From a virus (taxonomy: Duplodnaviria; Caudoviricetes): DNA of 64,000 nt. This document shows, piece after piece, positions 1-9,524 of the stretch. Every line of letters starts with the position of its first letter. Within the stretch, counting starts at the first letter, position 1. The notes under the pieces were generated by a model that made no database searches, was not told where the DNA came from, and was given only the letters and a program-made list of their open reading frames with translations. The DNA lies in the IMG/VR virus record IMGVR_UViG_3300037067_015318, positions 287 through 64,286 of that record. One strand, given 5' to 3'. The translations under genes and the position numbers were made by a program.

Positions 1-498
1 ATTGCGTGGATTGAAGATTTTCAATCTTGTGTATCTAATCAGGAGTTGATTGATTTGTCCCATTACAAAGGAGGCATGTATCGTATGATAACGACATCGC
101 TTAGATCGGGACAAATGGATGAAAAAACAGCCAGGATAATAAAGTCATTGGATACTATATTCAAGACACATGCAAGTTCTGTTGGGAAGAGATCGGTATA
201 CCGAGGGGCTGCGTTTGATAAGCTTACCGCCGATAAGTTTGTAGTCGGTGAAACGTTTACCGATAGATCTTTTATTTCTTTCTCTGCAGAGAAGGGAGTT
301 GCAACCCAATTTGCTTCTAACAACGCTGAGGGTGGAATGGAGAAGGTGCTGTTTGAATTGAAAACAGATAACAGGGATAGATGGCTACCCGGTGTACTGT
401 CAGAACTTGAATTGATTGGTCAGAGGGATATGATACTTCGGGTTGTGGGTGTAAAGGTAGAGAATGGTATAAGGGTAATACAATGCGTAACAGTGTAA
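1..498 (+). CDS. C-terminal part of a protein with an R-S-E clade (VIP2/Alt-like) ADP-ribosyltransferase domain; 5' truncated by the window
   Basis: Frame is open from base 1; motifs VYRG, SFISFS and ELE in the expected order. Confidence 0.75.
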   Translation: MAWIEDFQSCVSNQELIDLSHYKGGMYRMITTSLRSGQMDEKTARIIKSLDTIFKTHASSVGKRSVYRGAAFDKLTADKFVVGETFTDRSFISFSAEKGVATQFASNNAEGGMEKVLFELKTDNRDRWLPGVLSELELIGQRDMILRVVGVKVENGIRVIQCVTV

Positions 499-944
499 GT
501 GCTCGGCTGGGTTGGCTTCCTAATCAAATAGTATTCAAAGGGAAAGGTACAGGAGGCAGGATACTCAAGAAATCGAGTAAGGGGCCTAAAGGAGTTCCTT
601 TCCGCATTGCGATGGAAAAGGACACACTTAGTAACAAGAACTACAGGAAGGTAGTTCATACGGGTACCCACGCACAGCTTGTACTGATGTCATTGAAGCC
701 AGGCGAGCAAATCGGGAAAGAGGTGCACAATGATCTCGATCAGTTCATACGAGTAGAGGGTGGGAAAGGGATCGCACAGATTGGCACTACTCGTTATGAA
801 TTGGAGGACGGTGTTGCAATAATCGTACCTGCGGGTGCATATCATAATATCATCGCATCCGATGACGGTCTGAAGCTTTATACAGTATATACATCCCCAC
901 ACCATGAGGATGGTCTTGTTGAAGAGACAAAGGGGGGAGAATGA
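483..944 (+). CDS. Cupin-domain protein
   Basis: QLVLMSLKPGEQIGKEVH..DQFIRVEGG and VPAGAYHNI cupin motifs; start could be 483 or 612. Confidence 0.8.
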   Translation: MRNSVSARLGWLPNQIVFKGKGTGGRILKKSSKGPKGVPFRIAMEKDTLSNKNYRKVVHTGTHAQLVLMSLKPGEQIGKEVHNDLDQFIRVEGGKGIAQIGTTRYELEDGVAIIVPAGAYHNIIASDDGLKLYTVYTSPHHEDGLVEETKGGE

Positions 945-1198
945 ACGAGAAGATTGTAGCAGCAGCTATCAGGTATCGTGGAAAGATCTGGTCAGGAAGG
1001 TCTCACACAGACATACTCAAGAAGATGTTTGCAGAGGATGTTACCCCGGAGTCATCTGATACTGACATGGGGTTTCTTGTATCTGATGGAAGGTTTGTAT
1101 CGAGGGAAGAAGCTGCTCAGATTGCATTCAAAGGTGGACAGACTGAGACATTGAAAGCCTCGTTGTCCTCTTGTGATATCTGGATAGAGAAGGAGTAG
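941..1198 (+). CDS. Hypothetical phage protein
   Basis: ORF with overlapping start; GFLVSDGRFVSREEA-type motif seen in small phage proteins. Confidence 0.6.
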   Translation: MNEKIVAAAIRYRGKIWSGRSHTDILKKMFAEDVTPESSDTDMGFLVSDGRFVSREEAAQIAFKGGQTETLKASLSSCDIWIEKE

Positions 1199-1200
1199 GT

Positions 1201-1377
1201 ATGGAAGTAAGTCGTACGAAAGTTCGTCTCGTTATGGGTTCGGGATATACTGTTCCCATAAGGTGTGAGGGATGTAATGCCCTTCTCTTCAAAGCGAAAC
1301 TCCCATTACAGAAATCACTGAATCCATTGGGGATAGAGATCAAATGCCGAAGATGTGGAAGTATGAATAAATTATGA
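1201..1377 (+). CDS. Com-family zinc-ribbon regulator (58 aa; not in the ORF track)
   Basis: Manual translation MEVSRTK...IRCEGCNALLFKA...IEIKCRRCGSMNKL; AAGGAG RBS upstream. Confidence 0.75.
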   Translation: MEVSRTKVRLVMGSGYTVPIRCEGCNALLFKAKLPLQKSLNPLGIEIKCRRCGSMNKL

Positions 1378-1383
1378 AAGGGC

Positions 1384-1412
1384 TTGACAATTTGGCCAAG
1401 TTACCTTACAAT
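1384..1412 (+). promoter_or_regulatory. Sigma70-type promoter for the head operon
   Basis: TTGACA-N17-TACAAT. Confidence 0.8.
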
Positions 1413-1433
1413 TAAACTGTCGAGCTTCTAGAA

Positions 1434-1506
1434 AGCCGCAGTCTCTCAGATCACCTTGTGGGTTGTCCTCCTGGCAAGGGATCGGAAAGGGATTGCGGCT
1501 CTTTTT
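1434..1506 (+). promoter_or_regulatory. Long leader hairpin with T-tract (attenuator-like)
   Basis: AGCCGCAGTC/GATTGCGGCT outer stem, GATC-CCTTG/CAAGG-GATC inner stem, then CTTTTT. Confidence 0.55.
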
Positions 1507-1524
1507 GTGTATGGGGGGTTGTTG

Positions 1525-2337
1525 ATGAGAGGGTTTCCAGATCTTCCTGCCGACATGGAGTCGAATAGCCCATTCTACGCCAGTTTCTCCAATGCCATGC
1601 TCGTTAAGGCAGAGGAGGAGGGAGCGCGGTGGATTGTCTATCTCGAGGCTTCAAATGAAAGGGAAGATCAGGATGAAGAGATCACAGTAATGAAGGCGTT
1701 GAAGGACGCGTCCGATTACTATCTCTCCCACGGAGTCATATCGTGGGATCATCAGCACAAACTTCAGAAGGATCCTGCTTTCATTATAGGTGAGCCCATT
1801 GATGTAGCGTTCACTTCCGAAAAGTCAACGCTCGTGAAGGGGATGCTATACAAGGAGAACAAGCGGGCGCAGAGTGTCATGGAAAACGTGATGTCAAAGA
1901 CGTCGCGTCTTGGTGCATCCATCGGTGGGTACATTCTCAAGAAGGCCATCGAGAATGCTCAGAAGTTTATCAGACGTGTTATCTGGGATGATACGGCGAT
2001 AACGCACAAGCCAGTTAATGACAGTACGTTGGGACATGTTCAGGTTGTCCCCTTTGGTGCGTTCGCCAAGAGCCTTATGGCTGGTAGCGGAGTGGATGCA
2101 GGTTCCTTCACAGGGGGACGGGCATTGGTGTCTGAGAGCCTCCAAGGAAACGTTGTCAAAGTAGAGCCTGAGGTGTTAAGTGGTCTTTTCAAAGCTTTTC
2201 TGAAACACGTCAAGGACGGGAAGGGGAAGAGCTATCAGGAAACTCGTGAATGGATACGAGGGCAGGTTGCTTCTGATGAGGTGGCAAACCAGGTCATGGA
2301 TTTCTTGTTCAGTAAACTTGTAAATCGGTCCTCGTAA
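1525..2337 (+). CDS. Prohead maturation protease
   Basis: Position before scaffold and capsid genes; ASNEREDQDEE, SWDH and ASIGG motifs typical of HK97-type proteases; start inferred from the GGGGGG RBS. Confidence 0.75.
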   Translation: MRGFPDLPADMESNSPFYASFSNAMLVKAEEEGARWIVYLEASNEREDQDEEITVMKALKDASDYYLSHGVISWDHQHKLQKDPAFIIGEPIDVAFTSEKSTLVKGMLYKENKRAQSVMENVMSKTSRLGASIGGYILKKAIENAQKFIRRVIWDDTAITHKPVNDSTLGHVQVVPFGAFAKSLMAGSGVDAGSFTGGRALVSESLQGNVVKVEPEVLSGLFKAFLKHVKDGKGKSYQETREWIRGQVASDEVANQVMDFLFSKLVNRSS

Positions 2338-2383
2338 TTGTACTGAGGGCTTTAGATATAAAGATTCGAAGGAGGTATCCTAC

Positions 2384-3142
2384 ATGGGTGACAAGACGAA
2401 AGAGCAGGAGCTCGATTCCACTATCCTCGAGAAGAGCTGGAACGCCGCGTGCACCGATCTTCAGAAATCACTTGGCGACGAGGCGTCCGGTACCACGGAG
2501 CTGGAGCGTGCCAAGGCCATCCTCGCCAAATCCGATGCTTCTGTCGATGAGCTGAAAGAGGCTCAGACGATCCTTACCAAAGCATTGCCCCCCGAGGACG
2601 ATGACGACGAAGAGGACGACGAAGAGGAAGAGGAAGAGGAGGAAGGAAAGAAACCGGCGCCGGTCAAGAAGTCCCTGGAAGAAGGTATTGCCGAGGGTGA
2701 CCCCGAAGCCGAAATCGCCATGGATATCGAACCCTACCTGAAGTCGTTCGCGCATGAGGTGGGAGTTCGGTTCGAGGAGATCGGAAAGCCCCTGACCAAA
2801 CTCAAGGCACTGGAGAAATCCCTTGCAGACCTGACTACGATCGTCCGCGCGCTCGCCAAGGTATCGCTCGTTGGTGCGGAGATGCAGAAGTCCCTGAATG
2901 AACGCGTCGGCAAGATCGGGTCAGTCGACATTCCGTCGCTCGCCAGACTGCGGAAAGGGGGCGATCGGTTCGACATCGAAGAGGGTGTACAGATGACTGG
3001 AGTCGAGATCATGGCAAAGGCCACTGAACTCTGCCGGAATGGGCGGATTTCAACGACCGATGTCGCGGTACTCGAGAGTCGTATTCAGAAAGGGGTAGAA
3101 ATCCCCGATAATCTCAAACCGCTCTTCGCGAAGAAGGCGTAA
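2384..3142 (+). CDS. Putative capsid scaffolding protein
   Basis: Acidic, helical, poly-D/E tract, many K[SA]-hydrophobic motifs; lies between protease and MCP. Confidence 0.6.
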   Translation: MGDKTKEQELDSTILEKSWNAACTDLQKSLGDEASGTTELERAKAILAKSDASVDELKEAQTILTKALPPEDDDDEEDDEEEEEEEEGKKPAPVKKSLEEGIAEGDPEAEIAMDIEPYLKSFAHEVGVRFEEIGKPLTKLKALEKSLADLTTIVRALAKVSLVGAEMQKSLNERVGKIGSVDIPSLARLRKGGDRFDIEEGVQMTGVEIMAKATELCRNGRISTTDVAVLESRIQKGVEIPDNLKPLFAKKA

Positions 3143-3157
3143 GGAAGGAGGAAGAGA

Positions 3158-4600
3158 ATGGATCCTTTTGAGAAGAACTTCAGTGGCTTCGCCCAGAGCA
3201 ACTCCGAAACGATGGAGCTCCTGACGAAAGCCCTCACGGCGGGAAGCGGCGTAGATGCCGGTTCCTTCACCGGTGGTCGTGCCCTGACCCCGGAATCGCT
3301 GGACTACACGCTCGTCAATATCCTGCATAACCAGGATGAAGCGAGACTGTTCCAGCGCCTCAAGAAGACGCCGATCAAGTCGGTCGTGCGTCAGTGGAAC
3401 GAACGAAACGGCGTTGGTGGGGATGATGGTGCGTGGGTGGCGGAAGGTGGTACTTCCGAATCTGCCGATCAGACCATCGCCCGTAAGTACGCGGTCGCCA
3501 AATACCTGCAGACCTTCAGGCAGGTGACGCTACAAGCGTCCATGAGTGACATGGTCGAAAACGCCATGGCAATCGAGAAGGAAGCTGGAACCCTCTGGCT
3601 CATCCGGAACGTGGAAAAGGCCCTCTTTGAGGGGAATGAGGCTTACATCGCAGAACAACCGAACGGTCTCAAGGCTCAGATCCCTGCTTCCAACGTCGTC
3701 GATTTCCGTGGGAAGCATGCGGATGGAGAGAACTTCGAGGATGAGATCACCAATGGTCTCGGACTCATCAGGCAGAACTATGGGAAGGGTAATCTGCTCC
3801 TCTCGTCTGTCAAGGTCACCACGGACATCTCGAAGATGCTTCGGGACAAGTACCGTGTACCTCTCCCGGCCAGTGGAGGCTCCCAGATGGGTGTTCCTGT
3901 CGGCGGTGGAGCTTCTGGTGGGTCAGTCGCTTCGACGTTTCCCATCAACTTCCCGACGCCTTTCGGCAACCCGGAAGTGCTGGATGACGTGTTCCTTCTG
4001 GAAGGTACGACTCCTGCCGCGTCCAGCCTCACCACCAAACGGCCCGATGTCTCGACCCTTTCGGACTACGCGCACGCCCCGGACGCACTCTCGTTGTTCG
4101 GTTCCCCCGACGCCGGCGACTACGTGTATAAGGTGGTTGGAGTCAACAAGTACGGTGATTCCGTCGCCAGTGCTGAAATCGCGGCTACGGCCGTTGCTGC
4201 GGGCGACAAGGTCACCTTCCGTGTCACTCCGGGAGCTGTTGCTCCTACTGCGTGGAAGGTCTACCGGTCCAAAGTCGGTGCTGCCGCGGGTACCAGTGCG
4301 GAAGTGCGGTACATGTTCACGGTCGCCTACGCCCTCGACTCCGGGATGGCCTACCAGACCATCACCGATTACAACAATGACCTCCCGGGCTGCTCGGACG
4401 TGTATCTCCTGACCATGGACACCATCTTCGACGCCATCGAGTGGTTCCAGTTCCTGCCGCTCATGAAGTTCGACCTGTACCCGACCAACGCCGCGGTGTT
4501 CCCGTTCCTCATGATCCTGTACGGGGCCATGGCTCTCAAGAAGCCCGTTCAGCACGTGCGGATCAAGAACGTCTGCCCGATTAACGGTGGGTGGTTCTGA
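3158..4600 (+). CDS. Major capsid protein (Twort/SPO1-like, with beta-rich insertion domain)
   Basis: 480 aa; N-terminal KA|LTAG...RALTPESLD, YKVVGVNKYGDS insertion, C-terminal RIKNV; strong codon bias. Confidence 0.85.
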   Translation: MDPFEKNFSGFAQSNSETMELLTKALTAGSGVDAGSFTGGRALTPESLDYTLVNILHNQDEARLFQRLKKTPIKSVVRQWNERNGVGGDDGAWVAEGGTSESADQTIARKYAVAKYLQTFRQVTLQASMSDMVENAMAIEKEAGTLWLIRNVEKALFEGNEAYIAEQPNGLKAQIPASNVVDFRGKHADGENFEDEITNGLGLIRQNYGKGNLLLSSVKVTTDISKMLRDKYRVPLPASGGSQMGVPVGGGASGGSVASTFPINFPTPFGNPEVLDDVFLLEGTTPAASSLTTKRPDVSTLSDYAHAPDALSLFGSPDAGDYVYKVVGVNKYGDSVASAEIAATAVAAGDKVTFRVTPGAVAPTAWKVYRSKVGAAAGTSAEVRYMFTVAYALDSGMAYQTITDYNNDLPGCSDVYLLTMDTIFDAIEWFQFLPLMKFDLYPTNAAVFPFLMILYGAMALKKPVQHVRIKNVCPINGGWF

Positions 4601-4611
4601 GTGACATTCAT

Positions 4612-4635
4612 AGTGGGGCATATGAGCCCCACTAC
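4612..4635 (+). terminator. Hairpin after the MCP gene (possible weak terminator or stabiliser)
   Basis: TAGTGGGGC-loop-GCCCCACTA, poor T-tract. Confidence 0.45.
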
Positions 4636-4652
4636 TCTTCCACAAGGAGGGA

Positions 4653-5909
4653 ATGAGAATGAATCCAGCTATAGTGGATAGGTTGAACAGTGCTTGTCCC
4701 GCTCTCAGGGCGGCTCAGCTCGGTTCACTCCTAAATGACCTCGATAGCCTCTTCCTGGGCATGATAAGGGGGACGTGGTATTTCGTTGACCCTTGGTTCG
4801 GGAACGATGGAAATGACGGGCTTACTCCCGAAACGGCCCTCAAAAGTATCGTAACGGCCTACGCTCGGTGCAAGGATGGGAATGGCGACGGTATCGCGTT
4901 GATGTCCGCCGGCACGCAGTCCATCAATACGTCCAGTTACCTCAAGAGTACGCTCAACTGGACCAAGAGTGGGATCACGGTCATCGGTATCGCCTCAGGT
5001 ACCCGGAAGGGAAGCAGGGCGCGTATCTCGACTACGAAGGTTACCTCAACCGGCACCACCTTCGCTCAGACGGCCCATACCATCACCCGAGAAGTCGGAT
5101 CGTTCATCAACGATGGATGGGTTGTGGGGATGACTGGGTATATCGCGGACAGTGGATCGAACGACGGGGCTACCTTCACTGTTACCCAGGTGTCAGCCCT
5201 TACAGTCACCGTGACGGAGACTCTCAACGTGCAGAGTAAGGCGCAGACGGTGTCCTGTGTCCTCTCAAGTTATCTTGCAGAGGTCATCAAAGTCACGGGT
5301 GCCAACAATGCCTTCTTCGACATTTCTGTGGGTAACTACGGAGATCAGGTCGGAGCCCTCGGAGCTGTTACGGTAAAAGGTGAGCGGAACTACTTCGATC
5401 GCTGCCATATCTTGGGTGCATGCAATGCCGTCCCTGCTGCTCAGGCGGGTGCTTTCGATCTCAAGTTCGGGGACAACGGTAGTGAGAACACCTTCGAAAG
5501 GTGCACTATCGGGTCCAATACGATCATCCGAGCGGCAGCCAATGGAAACATCGTACTCGCCGGTACGGCTGCGGCTACGGCCCCTGACAGGAATGCCTTC
5601 TACGACTGCGACATTCTGGCGTGGTCAGATACGGCTGGGAAGGGTGCTATCAAATCTGACGGTGCCCTTTCGATGCAGGGTGTCCTGGTCTTCTCACGCT
5701 GCCGTTTCATGAACTGGAACGACAATGGTATCGGTAACCTGGACAGTGCCTTCATTGGAACCAAGCCCACTTCGGGTGCAATCCTGATGGATTCGTGCTC
5801 GTTGGTTGGATGGACGGCGTGGGATTCCGTAGCAGGAAACGACATGGTCTACGTGGCCAACTCAGCTGCTGTCGCCAGCGGCGGTGGGGGTATCGCAACT
5901 ACCGTCTAA
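4653..5909 (+). CDS. Putative virion protein with beta-helix/pectin-lyase-like features
   Basis: YFVDPWFGNDGNDGLTPETALKSI motif; G/N/T-rich. Confidence 0.55.
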   Translation: MRMNPAIVDRLNSACPALRAAQLGSLLNDLDSLFLGMIRGTWYFVDPWFGNDGNDGLTPETALKSIVTAYARCKDGNGDGIALMSAGTQSINTSSYLKSTLNWTKSGITVIGIASGTRKGSRARISTTKVTSTGTTFAQTAHTITREVGSFINDGWVVGMTGYIADSGSNDGATFTVTQVSALTVTVTETLNVQSKAQTVSCVLSSYLAEVIKVTGANNAFFDISVGNYGDQVGALGAVTVKGERNYFDRCHILGACNAVPAAQAGAFDLKFGDNGSENTFERCTIGSNTIIRAAANGNIVLAGTAAATAPDRNAFYDCDILAWSDTAGKGAIKSDGALSMQGVLVFSRCRFMNWNDNGIGNLDSAFIGTKPTSGAILMDSCSLVGWTAWDSVAGNDMVYVANSAAVASGGGGIATTV

Positions 5910-5939
5910 GGCGGATAACGTCATAGACAGGAGGGGAGG

Positions 5940-5979
5940 AGGGGGAGTGCGTCCTGTTATGGGATTCACTCCTCTTTTT
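5940..5979 (+). terminator. Probable intrinsic terminator
   Basis: GGAGTG...CACTCC stem followed by TCTTTTT. Confidence 0.4.
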
Positions 5980-6361
5980 GAATATGAGTACAGTAAGATA
6001 TACATTGAAGGTTTCAGATGACGAACTTACGAATCTCATAGACCTGACCTCGGTTGAATACGAGCGTCGATTCTGTTTTGAGAGGGAGTTGACGTATGCT
6101 GATGATCTCGTCTCGATAGACACCTCGACGTATGTTGGGGAACAAGCAGTCATTTTTCTTAGCACTTCCACTCCCATCGACATATACTTAGTAGGGATGG
6201 GAGGAACACCTATTCGAGTAGATTCGGTTTTCTTTTGCACGCACGGGGTGGCAATCGAAGCTATCCAGAACATGGATGAAGCTGTTACCGCTGTAGTGAA
6301 ATTGTATGTGTACGGTGAAGCTCCCGCTGGCGGCGGTGGTATCGGTGGTGGAATTGGCTGA
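5978..6361 (+). CDS. Hypothetical virion protein
   Basis: ORF in the structural operon. Confidence 0.55.
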   Translation: MNMSTVRYTLKVSDDELTNLIDLTSVEYERRFCFERELTYADDLVSIDTSTYVGEQAVIFLSTSTPIDIYLVGMGGTPIRVDSVFFCTHGVAIEAIQNMDEAVTAVVKLYVYGEAPAGGGGIGGGIG

Positions 6362-6374
6362 TCTCGTGGAGTAG

Positions 6375-7529
6375 ATGAAGATGGTACGACTACAGTTCTT
6401 CGTAGAACCTGAAGACCTCTACCTTTTCATGCACACGAAAGGATACACCCATATTCGGGTGTATCAAGGTGATACGGAGACAGGGACGTTCAGTGAGATT
6501 ACTACTTCCAGTACAAGAGTCGTACTGCAGCTTGGTGTTGTCAAATACAACTTCGTAGTAGATGTAAGTCCTGATACGAAGTGGTTCAAATATTCTTTTG
6601 GAAATGATACTACAGAATCAGTACTCTCCTCTGCTTTCCGTAATCAGCTTGGGGATCCTGATAGAGTAGGGTACACGTTCGGTAATTACGCAGCATCCCC
6701 TGGGACGTTCGGGAAGGTACTCACTGCAGATGACATGAGATACAATTACTTGTGGGGGATTGACCTCGTGTCTAACAATGCGGGAGCAGACGAGTGGGAT
6801 GATAAGCAGTCCGACTATTCTGTCATGGCAAGTGTTCAGGATTTTGAGAAGACACTCAATATTGATATCATTAGGCGCAAGTGGAAGACGAAACCTGTTG
6901 TGGGTGTAGATCGGAAAGTAGATATCTGGATGGAAGGGGATTCTTCAATCTACACTGATGAGGAGTTCCCATATGATTTTGATCCTGATACTTGGATGAA
7001 TTTCGGGTTCTTGCAGCTGCGGCATTTTCCGATACTGAATGTCTCCCGGTTCATGTTAGTGGGCCCGACGGAATCATCAATACTCGATCTGCTTACATGG
7101 ATGAGAGCTGAAAAGGAGCATGGACAGTTACACGCATTTCCACGAAACCAAATGCTGTATGGTCCTTTCCTGGGCGCGTACGGAACCGTGCTCTTGTGGC
7201 AGATGAAAAGATACCCTCAAGGGATTGAGGTTGATTACGAGACGGGTTTTGCAAATTCAGATGCCGTCCCCTCCGACCTTAGGGATGTAATCGGGAAGTG
7301 GGCCGCTTGTAAGATGCTCAACATCGCAGGTGACGGTATCCTTCCAGGGTTCAGTTCACAGTCGTTGAGTTTGGATGGACTTTCAGAGTCGTTCTCCTCA
7401 ACGCAGAGTGCAACGAACGCATATTTCGGTGCGAGGATCAACCAGTATATCAAGGAGATTGGTGACTGGTTACAGAAGAACAAGTACAAGTACGGGGGCA
7501 TTCCCCTTGGGTTTGTAAAGGGTAGCTGA
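6375..7529 (+). CDS. Putative head-tail adaptor
   Basis: Synteny; VDYETGF...VPSDLRDVI and SLSLDGLSES motifs resemble neck adaptors. Confidence 0.6.
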   Translation: MKMVRLQFFVEPEDLYLFMHTKGYTHIRVYQGDTETGTFSEITTSSTRVVLQLGVVKYNFVVDVSPDTKWFKYSFGNDTTESVLSSAFRNQLGDPDRVGYTFGNYAASPGTFGKVLTADDMRYNYLWGIDLVSNNAGADEWDDKQSDYSVMASVQDFEKTLNIDIIRRKWKTKPVVGVDRKVDIWMEGDSSIYTDEEFPYDFDPDTWMNFGFLQLRHFPILNVSRFMLVGPTESSILDLLTWMRAEKEHGQLHAFPRNQMLYGPFLGAYGTVLLWQMKRYPQGIEVDYETGFANSDAVPSDLRDVIGKWAACKMLNIAGDGILPGFSSQSLSLDGLSESFSSTQSATNAYFGARINQYIKEIGDWLQKNKYKYGGIPLGFVKGS

Positions 7530-7530
7530 T

Positions 7531-8679
7531 ATGGGTGTAATGCAGATGCGGCCCTCTTATCCTTCATTGTGGGAAGAGGGAATAGAACGACGAGGACAGC
7601 ACGTCCTCTGGTACTCAGCATCTGCATGTTACTGTGTTTCTGATAATGGCAGAGTTGATCCCAACTGTCCAAAGTGTTTCGGGAAGGGATTCACATACGC
7701 CCCGGCTACTTCAACAAGGCGAATCATTCGATCGGTTGCAAAGGGGAAGGCAGTCAATGACCTTTCGTCCGTTGGTGTAAACATCAAACAGGTCTACGGG
7801 GTGTTTCTCAAGGCCGATCAGAAGATAGAACTCACCTCTTTCACCACCAGTTCCATTACCCCCGTTACACCCATCAAGAAGGGTGTACAATTCACGTTGG
7901 ATTACGAGCACAATCTCTTAAGTACCTACATCGGAGAATGCACCTATCTAGGGAAGGGAATAATTGAGGTTCCAATTAAACTCATCAACAACCAGAATTA
8001 CTTCGCAGGTCATCTGGTGGAAGTGGCTTCTCTTGTTAATATGACGAGTGGTAAGAGTGTAAAGATCGAAGGAGTCTGGGCGAACAAGATTCTCACCTCG
8101 TCGGTAGTGTATCCGGGAGATGAGTTGACTATTGCATGTCAGTATGTTCAAGCGTTGAAGTTTCTGATAACGTCTATCAATCCGAAGACGAAAGTAGACA
8201 ACAATATGATACTTCAGAAGGCTGATGCTATGATGTCCTTCCCTGGTACGTATCATATCGGCAGAGGGGATGTCATCGTACTGCAGATGGCTGAGATGAA
8301 AGAGACGATCATAGGGTACAATGAGGGCACGTCTTACACGTTCCCGTTCCAGTCCGTCTCCCGTATACTGCGGGTTGAGGACAAGTACGGTGAGATCACT
8401 GACTATTCGCTGGTGCGAGATAATGAGATCATCTGGAATGGAAGGAGACCCGAACGGTTCTCCTGTTCTTTCATGTACCATCCTACCTTCGCCGTACTTG
8501 AGGATCTTCCGTCTGTGAGGTATTCCGAGAACAAGATCTGGCCCAAGCGGGTGTTCCTGAAGAAGTTTGGATGCTTTACACACTCCTCAAAGGTACTTCA
8601 GATTCAGGATGCAAACGCTGCTGATCAGGGAATACTCGACGATCCGTCAGAATACGAGGAACAAGGAGGCTTGATATGA
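7531..8679 (+). CDS. Putative head closure/neck protein
   Basis: CYC...CPKCFGKG motif at N-terminus; synteny. Confidence 0.55.
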   Translation: MGVMQMRPSYPSLWEEGIERRGQHVLWYSASACYCVSDNGRVDPNCPKCFGKGFTYAPATSTRRIIRSVAKGKAVNDLSSVGVNIKQVYGVFLKADQKIELTSFTTSSITPVTPIKKGVQFTLDYEHNLLSTYIGECTYLGKGIIEVPIKLINNQNYFAGHLVEVASLVNMTSGKSVKIEGVWANKILTSSVVYPGDELTIACQYVQALKFLITSINPKTKVDNNMILQKADAMMSFPGTYHIGRGDVIVLQMAEMKETIIGYNEGTSYTFPFQSVSRILRVEDKYGEITDYSLVRDNEIIWNGRRPERFSCSFMYHPTFAVLEDLPSVRYSENKIWPKRVFLKKFGCFTHSSKVLQIQDANAADQGILDDPSEYEEQGGLI

Positions 8680-9509
8680 GTGCTGATCGAATCATTCAAG
8701 TCTCAATTGTTCCGGATGACGAAGCCTTGGGAAGTGTTATCAGTGCACTCTCGATGCTGTCGTCCAAGTATCTTCCAAATACGACTCGGGCTGTCAAGAC
8801 CTCAGTAGCCATATTGGAGTATACGTGGAAAGCGTATGCAATGGGTGCACCCATCCCTGGGACAAGTATACGCTTGAAGTCCATTAGAGGGGAGTATGCT
8901 AGGTCTATTCATAGGACATTGAATGGGCTTTCAGGGACTGTCTACTCAGATAGCCCCTATGCTGTTGAAATCGAGGAAGGATCAGAGGCAAAGGACCTTA
9001 AGAAGATTATTCCCTTTGGGCCTCGTGCAAGAATGGGGAAGAATGGGCCGTACACAATCGTTCCATTCCGACATGGTGTTCCGGGCTCATTGAATGCACC
9101 AATGCCCCAAGCCGTGTACTCGCAGATTCTCTCAAAGATACGTGCTGGCGAGATAAAGAAGTCAGTAGTAAAAAAGCAGATGCTACCGGGGATGAACGCA
9201 GCGGGACAAGTCGTTCTTTCTCATACGTACAAGTGGGGGACGCGTATGAAGGTCCCTCAGTTCCCGAATCTGGAAGGGATGGTCGTATTCAATGTATCTG
9301 CAGGGAATCAGAGTAGGGGGCAGTATCTGACATTCCGTGTTGTTTCTGCCAATCAGCCTAAGCAGTCCAAGGCCCAGAAAGGGTGGCAGAACTCATGGAT
9401 CGTGCCAGCACGACAGGGTATGCACCTTACAAAGTACGTTGTTGCCAATACCAAGGAAGTTATTGGTGAGGCTATTAAGATGGGAATCTCGATGGATCTT
9501 CTTCCATGA
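8676..9509 (+). CDS. Putative tail completion/neck protein
   Basis: Basic protein with YTIVPFRH, YLTFRVVS and WIVPA motifs; synteny. Confidence 0.5.
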   Translation: MSADRIIQVSIVPDDEALGSVISALSMLSSKYLPNTTRAVKTSVAILEYTWKAYAMGAPIPGTSIRLKSIRGEYARSIHRTLNGLSGTVYSDSPYAVEIEEGSEAKDLKKIIPFGPRARMGKNGPYTIVPFRHGVPGSLNAPMPQAVYSQILSKIRAGEIKKSVVKKQMLPGMNAAGQVVLSHTYKWGTRMKVPQFPNLEGMVVFNVSAGNQSRGQYLTFRVVSANQPKQSKAQKGWQNSWIVPARQGMHLTKYVVANTKEVIGEAIKMGISMDLLP

Positions 9510-9524
9510 GTAAGGAGTGAGAGA

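Noticed and set aside
3546-4645. Long alternative-frame and antisense ORFs over the capsid gene
   Set aside because: Expected from GC-rich third positions; no RBS or recognisable motifs, unlike the nested intein ORF
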